A stretch of 32,000 nt of DNA, from contig CAZECW010000139.1 of the NCBI GenBank assembly GCA_964510585.1, forward strand, positions 1 to 32,000. The letters are read 5' to 3'. The notes below the pieces were generated by a model. That model had not been told where the DNA came from and made no database searches. It saw nothing but the letters and a program-made list of their open reading frames with translations. How positions within the stretch are numbered: the stretch's first letter is position 1; every line of letters starts with the position of its first letter. A program made the position numbers and the translations under genes. Shown piece by piece: positions 25,884 through 32,000 of the stretch. The DNA is from an uncultured archaeon. Lineage in GTDB: Archaea > Asgardarchaeota > Jordiarchaeia > Jordiarchaeales > Jordiarchaeaceae.

Positions 25884-26450
25884 ATGTTTGGCAAAAAGGA
25901 TAAAGAGAAGACGACCGCTGAGAAGATTCGAGGAGAAGTGAAGAAGCAGTCTACCAGAAATCTTTCAGAGAAAGTTGCCTATCTGGTTCCCGGTTATCAT
26001 GGATACAAGGCGAAGGAAATACGTAGAGAAGCGGATAAGGCTCTACGCACCTACATTTACAAGCAGCTTAAGGACTGTAAGAAGGACCTGAATCTTGTGC
26101 AGGAGATGCTTGTGGACTACAATGTTGAGAATACTTGGGAGCAGATGGATCGGCTTATGGCTTTGGTGGACAGGGTAGCTGAGAGAATAAATCATGCGGA
26201 TTATGGTTATAGCGGCTTTTTTGATTCAACAAAAATTAGGGAGCCGGAACTTGACAGAATGTATGAATTTGACGCAATGATACTGGATGATATTGATGCT
26301 TTTCGGGGAGAAATAAAATCCCTTAAAGAGGAGCTGGAATCAGGCAATTTCGATAATTCTTTTCAGCGTGTCTTTTCACTTAGAAGAACGCTTGACGATA
26401 TTGACAAAAAATTTGGAGATAGAAGAAGCTATATGCTAGAATTCGTATAG
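25884..26450 (+). CDS. Conserved alpha-helical hypothetical protein
   Basis: 188 aa with VPGYHGYKAKEIRREADKALR and GYSGFFD motifs. It is co-oriented with, and 21 nt upstream of, the SPFH gene. Confidence 0.7.
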   Translation: MFGKKDKEKTTAEKIRGEVKKQSTRNLSEKVAYLVPGYHGYKAKEIRREADKALRTYIYKQLKDCKKDLNLVQEMLVDYNVENTWEQMDRLMALVDRVAERINHADYGYSGFFDSTKIREPELDRMYEFDAMILDDIDAFRGEIKSLKEELESGNFDNSFQRVFSLRRTLDDIDKKFGDRRSYMLEFV

Positions 26451-26471
26451 AAGAATTAGAGGTGAATATTT

Positions 26472-27419
26472 GTGCCAGACTTAATTGAATGGACTGGAGC
26501 AGGACCAAAAGACATTGTTTGGAAATATCCAAATAACAGACTTTCTTGGGGTTCCACGCTTATTGTACACGAACACCAGGTTGCTGTGTTTTATAGAGAC
26601 GGAAAGGCCTATGATGTTTTTGGTCCGGGGAGACATGTCTTGAGCACCCAAAATCTTCCTGGTCTCTCAAAACTATACAGTACTATGAGAGGATTTAAGA
26701 AATCAGAGTTTACTTCAGATATTGTTTTTGTTTCCACTTCGCAGTTCCAAGGAAAATTTGGCGGAAGAGGCCAAACCCAAGAACTTGCGCCACTAATGTT
26801 TCATGGCGCATACTGGTTCAAGGTTGAGGATCCCAAGCTATTCGTGGTAGAAGTTGTAGGGAACTCAAAGGCATTTACAACCGACGCGGTTAACGAGTTT
26901 ATTCGAGGTTTTATAGTAGAAAAACTCATTGACACATTGGCGGGCTTCACGCTTCGGGATGTTTTCACCCAACTCGATGAGAGTAGCATGAAGGTAAAGA
27001 CCAAAATCAAAGAACAGTTCGATAGAATCGGAATAGACCTAATTGACCTCAAATTTGAGGGAATGGATACTTCACCCGAATATAGGGAGAGGCTATTCTG
27101 GCTTCAAACAGGACAGGTACACGCTGACCGCATAGCCACCCTAGAAACAACCAAGAGCGCCGCGGAATCGCTAGGAAAAGGAGGCGGAGCCGCAGCAGCA
27201 GGGACAGGAATGGTAATAATACCCCAACTTCTTCAGCAACCCACTGGACCTCAGGTTGCAGTGACAACTTGTCCAAAGTGTGGTGCACAAATTCCTGCCA
27301 ATGCGCGTTTCTGTAATAACTGTGGAGTTCAGCTGGGACGCGGGAAAACATGCCCCAAATGTAATGCTCAAGTACCAGCGGGAAGCCGCTTCTGTCCAGA
27401 ATGCGGAACCAAGATTTAA
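26472..27419 (+). CDS. SPFH (YdjI-like) domain protein with a C-terminal double zinc ribbon
   Basis: IVWKYP...LIVHEHQVAVFYRDGKAYDVFGPGRHVLSTQNLP, followed by four CxxC pairs (CPKC, CNNC, CPKC, CPEC). Confidence 0.85.
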   Translation: MPDLIEWTGAGPKDIVWKYPNNRLSWGSTLIVHEHQVAVFYRDGKAYDVFGPGRHVLSTQNLPGLSKLYSTMRGFKKSEFTSDIVFVSTSQFQGKFGGRGQTQELAPLMFHGAYWFKVEDPKLFVVEVVGNSKAFTTDAVNEFIRGFIVEKLIDTLAGFTLRDVFTQLDESSMKVKTKIKEQFDRIGIDLIDLKFEGMDTSPEYRERLFWLQTGQVHADRIATLETTKSAAESLGKGGGAAAAGTGMVIIPQLLQQPTGPQVAVTTCPKCGAQIPANARFCNNCGVQLGRGKTCPKCNAQVPAGSRFCPECGTKI

Positions 27420-27656
27420 AAAGTCAGTCTTCCCCTTTTTTGGTATCCTAAACTATTTTTATTTTTGAAAACCTGAATAAGCTTGAATCTATTCTGGGAA
27501 ACCACATAATTAGAATTGTTGGGTTTCAATGTTTATATGATTTTTCCGAAATAACTTGAATCGTGAGAATTAGGTGAATCTTTGTAGAGTTGGCTACTTT
27601 TGGTGAGTAGTATAGAAAAAGGGGAGATGAGGATTGAGAATGTGTCTTTTTTAACC

Positions 27657-28463
27657 TTAGATTAGTAGTAGTATTAGGTATTGTTGTACCATTGTGGTTG
27701 CCTGTATTAGGAAATATTGGAGAAACAGTAGTCCGGCGATTAGGAGTAGTATGACTCCGTTTATTAGGTAGTAGGCCTGTGACTGTTTCGAGTCGAGTGT
27801 TTTTCTTAATGCGTATTTTTCTTGTTTTGTCTTCTTTTTCTTTTCTCCTTTTGGCAGGGATACTGTCCACCAGAAATGAACAAGCGCCGTTCCCTGCAGT
27901 CTTCTGAATAGCTCCTGACCAGTCATTCCCGAGACGTAGAAGTCGGCAAGCTCATGTCCAGCCGTTAGGGAACCCCTTTTACTGTGGAGCTCTGCTTCTT
28001 TGATTGGGGGGAAGTAATCTAAAAATAGGTGTGAAGCAGCGCCCAGTGCGAACACGGACATTCCGAGTAGAAGAACGGTGTTAACCGCAGGATTAAATAG
28101 CAGCGTTTGAATGGGGTTGCCCACGTTAATTACGGTGAACACCATTACAATTGCGGAAAAAATTGCGGGTATTATGCAGGAATGGGTTAGCCAGTCCCTG
28201 TGTTGCATCCACATTACGGCTTTATCATAGTCTGCAATTTCAGAACCAACCAGCACCAGTAATAAGGCCACAACCAGATATATGGGGTCTGCAGAGGATA
28301 GTGTACGGGGAAAAGGAATGGGGAACCATGTAGGAAGGCCTGTTACTCCAAATAGGCTTGCCGGAAGGTAAATAGGTATGCTTAGAAGCCAGTAGTAGTA
28401 TGCTATTGAGAATGCGATGTAAACTATAATTCCCGCCGTCAAGTGGTATTTTCTTGCCGCCAT
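27657..28463 (-). CDS. Membrane-bound metal-dependent hydrolase, YdjM-like
   Basis: Several hydrophobic helices plus GSEIADYD...HRDWLTHS and SHLFLD motifs. ATG at 28463. Confidence 0.65.
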   Translation of the reverse strand: MAARKYHLTAGIIVYIAFSIAYYYWLLSIPIYLPASLFGVTGLPTWFPIPFPRTLSSADPIYLVVALLLVLVGSEIADYDKAVMWMQHRDWLTHSCIIPAIFSAIVMVFTVINVGNPIQTLLFNPAVNTVLLLGMSVFALGAASHLFLDYFPPIKEAELHSKRGSLTAGHELADFYVSGMTGQELFRRLQGTALVHFWWTVSLPKGEKKKKTKQEKYALRKTLDSKQSQAYYLINGVILLLIAGLLFLQYFLIQATTMVQQYLILLLI

Positions 28464-28726
28464 TTTTTGTTTCCTTCCCAACTATTTTTTTAAAACAATA
28501 TTTGAATAATAGTTTTATGTGCCAGTTGATATATAAGAATTTCTAAATCAGATTTATTTGAATAAAAATTGTGGGCGGGAGACACAATTTAATTTTGATG
28601 AATGGAAATTTGGACGCGCATAATTTTTTAGTAAGTAATTTAACTTATTTAGAGTGAAGCAGAGGTAAGCTGTGAAATTTGCATAAAATGGGACGTGTGT
28701 TAGTGAGCGTTAATGGAGGATTCGAA

Positions 28727-29458
28727 ATGCATTTTTTAACTAAAGTTGTTACTCAAAAAATTGATGATGCGGTTCATAGAAGGTTTATAAAGTTCTCTGT
28801 AGGGGAATTTGAAGGACCAGCAATTAGTGTAAGCGTTAAAAAGGACAGCATCAGATTTAGGGCTGCTTTCGACTACCAAGACTTTGTTTTAGAATTCATC
28901 ATAAATAGGGTTCCCAATGTAGAGTGTAGCGTGAGGGGTAATATTTTTTCAAACCAAGACTTTTCAAGTGAGCTGGAAAAACTCGGAGTAAAGATGAAGA
29001 AATCAGGAGCCAACTATAAAGCGAAGATAAATACTAGTGTTCCTTCCGAAAAATTAAGAGAGGTATATAAAAGTATTGGTGATAAATCCACATTTCTCAT
29101 AAGTATAAAACCCAATTCTGGTTCTTGGAATTTGGTTATGGGCACAAACTTTCCCAAGCCTTTGGCAGAGGTTAAGGATCCCACCAGTTTCTGTAAGGGA
29201 AGGATCGAAGCCAACGCGGAGGTTTTACAATCTCTTGTGGATGAGCTTGCCCCCGATTTTAGGGACGTGATTCCTTTGCCCTTTAAATCTTTAAACCTGT
29301 TTAATACTTATCGCATTAGTGAAATCATGTTTCCAGAGAATAAGGAAAAGCTGACACCTGCAGAAATAAGGGTGCAATCAAAGAGAAAAGGCGTGCTTTC
29401 CAGAACCTTAGAGGTAGACGAGCAAAAGTTTAAGAGAGAAATTGAATTTTTGGCCTAG
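28727..29458 (+). CDS. Hypothetical archaeal protein
   Basis: ATG at 28727 follows GGAGGA. Long ORF with a VHRRFIKFSVGEF motif and no function I can assign. Confidence 0.7.
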   Translation: MHFLTKVVTQKIDDAVHRRFIKFSVGEFEGPAISVSVKKDSIRFRAAFDYQDFVLEFIINRVPNVECSVRGNIFSNQDFSSELEKLGVKMKKSGANYKAKINTSVPSEKLREVYKSIGDKSTFLISIKPNSGSWNLVMGTNFPKPLAEVKDPTSFCKGRIEANAEVLQSLVDELAPDFRDVIPLPFKSLNLFNTYRISEIMFPENKEKLTPAEIRVQSKRKGVLSRTLEVDEQKFKREIEFLA

Positions 29459-29467
29459 TAATCTCAT

Positions 29468-29869
29468 TTATTTCAGTGAGAACTGTTTTTTGTATATTGA
29501 TTCCAAGTTTTTAATGCCAGAACCTATATTTGATTTTATTTCTTTTGTTATTTCTATCAGTTTTTCCTCCATATCCTGGAAGGATTCATACTTGCTTATA
29601 ATCAGCACTACACTTCTTTTCATATCTCCGAAGTTCAAAAGTTGGCTTAGCACCTTTTTGTCTGATACCTGTAAACTTACTAATTCGTTTGAACTGCTGA
29701 GATCGCCCACAAAGTGCATACTAAAAATTTGGTTAGCGAAGTTGGGCGTTAATGACATATTTTTCGGAAACAAGGCTTCAACCGTTGCTCCGAGCTCACG
29801 ATCCCATTTTAAAACAGCCAGTCCGAGAGGAATACGGTCCACCCCACTTGCCAAAATCACTAATAGCAT
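29468..29869 (-). CDS. Longin/uDENN-like small protein (putative eukaryotic signature protein)
   Basis: LAVLKWDRELGATVEALFP resembles the N-terminal beta-hairpin pattern (hhhhFDxxxGPxhxxxaP) of uDENN/longin modules. Confidence 0.5.
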   Translation of the reverse strand: MLLVILASGVDRIPLGLAVLKWDRELGATVEALFPKNMSLTPNFANQIFSMHFVGDLSSSNELVSLQVSDKKVLSQLLNFGDMKRSVVLIISKYESFQDMEEKLIEITKEIKSNIGSGIKNLESIYKKQFSLK

Positions 29870-30270
29870 TTAATTTCTGATTTTTTTTCTCTCTAAAAGT
29901 TTGTTTTCTGTAAAGTTTTTTTCAACCAACTACTTTATTGAGCGGGTTCAATCATATATACATAAATAAAATATTTTTTGGTAAAAATAACTCTTTTGGA
30001 ACCTTTTTCAAAGCGTTGTAGATTTATCGGGCTACGTTTCCCTCATAAAGCTCTAAATCGCGAAAGAAGCTTTATAAACGCCCCTTTTTTGATACATACC
30101 GATCGATTCCACGTTACCTACATTTTGCTAGAATAAATTAATAAATCTATTATTTTATTTAGTAACTTATACAAGTGTCTATACCTTCTAGGACTTAAGG
30201 GAAAGCTGCAAGCTCGGAAAAAAGAAGCAGAGTCTATAAGAGGTTATATAAGTGATGGAGGCCTTTTCTA

Positions 30271-30903
30271 TTGGTTGTTTACAGTATCTATATTAAGGAC
30301 CGCACGGGAAAGACCCTATTTTCCAAAAGTTTCTCTAACCCATCTATTCCGGGAAGCGTATTTCCGAGCCTTATGACCGCAGCTTTGACCCTATTCACTA
30401 AAAACCGTGAAAAGTCTTTCCAGATAGTTCTCTCCAACATCAAGTTTACAATAGAGGAGTTTAATAGAATTATTTTTATTGCGGCTACCGACACCAAGAC
30501 GGAGTTTAGAAAAGAACTGTTAAACATTGGAACCGCCTTCATCAAGACCTTTGAGGGCAAATTTTTTCTCCTAGGAGATTTACTGAGTGGAATTAGCACG
30601 CCGGAGATAGAAGAGTTCGGGTACGTCATCGATGAAGAAATTGCAAAAAGTGAGAGGGAGGAAAAACTTAGGAGGAAACCTAAAAGAATTTTGGAAATCT
30701 CCAGATTATTAGCTCCAAGAGCCTACGAGAGGAATGAGATACTAAAAAAATTCGGCAAAGAGGGAATTGACGTACTACTAATTTCCGAAGGAAACTATAG
30801 AATAAAACAGATCGCAAAAATTCTAGAAGTAGACCAAAGCCTCGTAGAAAAAATAATTAACTTTGCACATTCCCATAACTGGTTAACATTCGTGCCTGAA
30901 TAG
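30271..30903 (+). CDS. Longin-like domain fused to a C-terminal winged-HTH-like region
   Basis: The N-terminus VYSIYIKDRTGKTLFSKSF has a longin/AP-sigma-type beta-hairpin pattern. The C-terminus YRIKQIAKILEVDQSLVEKIINFAHSHNWL has an HTH-like pattern. Confidence 0.6.
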   Translation: MVVYSIYIKDRTGKTLFSKSFSNPSIPGSVFPSLMTAALTLFTKNREKSFQIVLSNIKFTIEEFNRIIFIAATDTKTEFRKELLNIGTAFIKTFEGKFFLLGDLLSGISTPEIEEFGYVIDEEIAKSEREEKLRRKPKRILEISRLLAPRAYERNEILKKFGKEGIDVLLISEGNYRIKQIAKILEVDQSLVEKIINFAHSHNWLTFVPE

Positions 30904-31039
30904 AAATCCTAAATTTTTAACACACCACACTTTGCGGTGATTAAGTTAGGAATTCCTTCAACAGGTTCAATGCATTTAGGGGAAAAGTTTTATATCTGAC
31001 TCGTATAATTGTTCTTCCGCAATTGTTTTTTGAGGTGGA

Positions 31040-32000
31040 TTGAGACTTGGAAACATAGTCGTAATGAAATTCGGTGGGAGTTGTTTAAAAGACTCTGCGT
31101 CATTCCATCGAATTTCGCAAATTTTGAAAGATTATTCCAAAAACGAGTTAGTGCTGGTTTCTTCTGCCCTCTATGGAGTCACCAATAGCCTCATAGATTT
31201 ATCCAAAAAGGCAGAAAGCCACAGCCCAAATGTAGAGAATGAATTCAAGTTGTTAAGTGATAAGCATACATCACTAATTGATAATATTCTTAAGGGCGAA
31301 GCTAGGGAGAAGGCTTCTTTGGAAGTTCAGAGAGAACTGGTTGAACTGAAAACTGTTCTGAAGGACATTTGGGATTTTGGTTTAAAACCTCAAAAGCTGG
31401 ATTTGGTTTCCAGTTTCGGTGAAAGACTTTCCACAATTATTCTCCACAGATACTTGGAGGCAAAGGGTTTCAGGTCGGTTTACGTAAGCTCCTATGACTT
31501 GATTTATACCACAAGCGAAGCTCAAAACGCACTCCCCATCCTTGAGAAAACTGAACAAAAGGTGAAGGAGATTATACTCCCACTCTTGTCTGAGGGAAAA
31601 ATACCTGTGGTAACCGGATTCTTTGGCAGAGACAAACAGGGTAACGTGACCCTTCTGGGTAGGGGTGGAAGCGACTTCACCGCAACTATACTAGCATACA
31701 GCCTTAAGAATGAGAACAACGATGTGAAGGTTGTACTCTGGAAGGATGTAGATGGTTTACTCACGGCTAATCCCAAATTAGAACCCAGGGCGCATATCAT
31801 AAGAGATATATCATATGCTGAGGCGAAAGAACTGGCTTTCTTTGGAGCCAAGCTGCTTCACCCCCTATGTGTGTTTCCCGTTGAGAAAAAGGGTATCGCA
31901 ATAGAAATTCGAAACTTTGACAATCCAAATCCAGACAGATACACCAGAATATCTAAGGGCATAAAAACAAAGGAGAGCGTGGTCAAGGCAATAGCGGAAA
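31040..32000 (+). CDS. lysC: Aspartate kinase (5' part; runs off the window, absent from the ORF track)
   Basis: My own translation of this frame is open to the window end and gives IVVMKFGGSCL, SFGERLS, TLLGRGGSDFTA, WKDVDGLLTANP and ISYAEAKELAFFGAKLLHP. The start is TTG 31040 or ATG 31064. Confidence 0.92.
   Translation, partial: MRLGNIVVMKFGGSCLKDSASFHRISQILKDYSKNELVLVSSALYGVTNSLIDLSKKAESHSPNVENEFKLLSDKHTSLIDNILKGEAREKASLEVQRELVELKTVLKDIWDFGLKPQKLDLVSSFGERLSTIILHRYLEAKGFRSVYVSSYDLIYTTSEAQNALPILEKTEQKVKEIILPLLSEGKIPVVTGFFGRDKQGNVTLLGRGGSDFTATILAYSLKNENNDVKVVLWKDVDGLLTANPKLEPRAHIIRDISYAEAKELAFFGAKLLHPLCVFPVEKKGIAIEIRNFDNPNPDRYTRISKGIKTKESVVKAIAE

Noticed and set aside
29442-29873. 143-aa plus-strand ORF
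   Set aside because: It is antisense to the longin/uDENN-like gene, which has the more protein-like sequence.

Overview
This is archaeal DNA (GGAGG/GAGGTG ribosome-binding sites, TATA boxes, U-tract terminators). Two divergent longin-like genes near the right end suggest an Asgard archaeon; that is an inference, and I ran no database search. Bases ~1-25.7 kb form an acyl-CoA/ketone catabolic island. It contains an acetone-carboxylase-like acxABC operon, a metallo-beta-lactamase-fold hydrolase, a frameshifted corrinoid protein with a pyrrolysine-free MtmB homolog, a FadH-like flavin/Fe-S reductase and two tandem BKACE (Kce/DUF849) paralogs. It also contains a class-I CoA-transferase-fold pair lacking the canonical catalytic Glu, two Cys-less thiolase-fold proteins (Ltp4/Ltp3-like) with two DUF35 partners, two PaaK-like ligases (one degenerate) and two LplA-family genes. 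One LplA-family gene is cut by an IS608-like IS200/IS605 left end at a TTAC site. The rest of the window holds an SPFH/zinc-ribbon pair, a YdjM-like membrane protein, hypothetical proteins, longin-like proteins and the 5' part of an aspartate kinase. Main hypothesis: a retro-aldol -> ketone carboxylation -> beta-keto-acid cleavage route for beta-branched or cyclic acyl-CoAs. A second notable signal is an abrupt switch from A/C-ending to G/T-ending codons in the middle of a gene at ~20776. I saw no rRNA, tRNA or CRISPR array.
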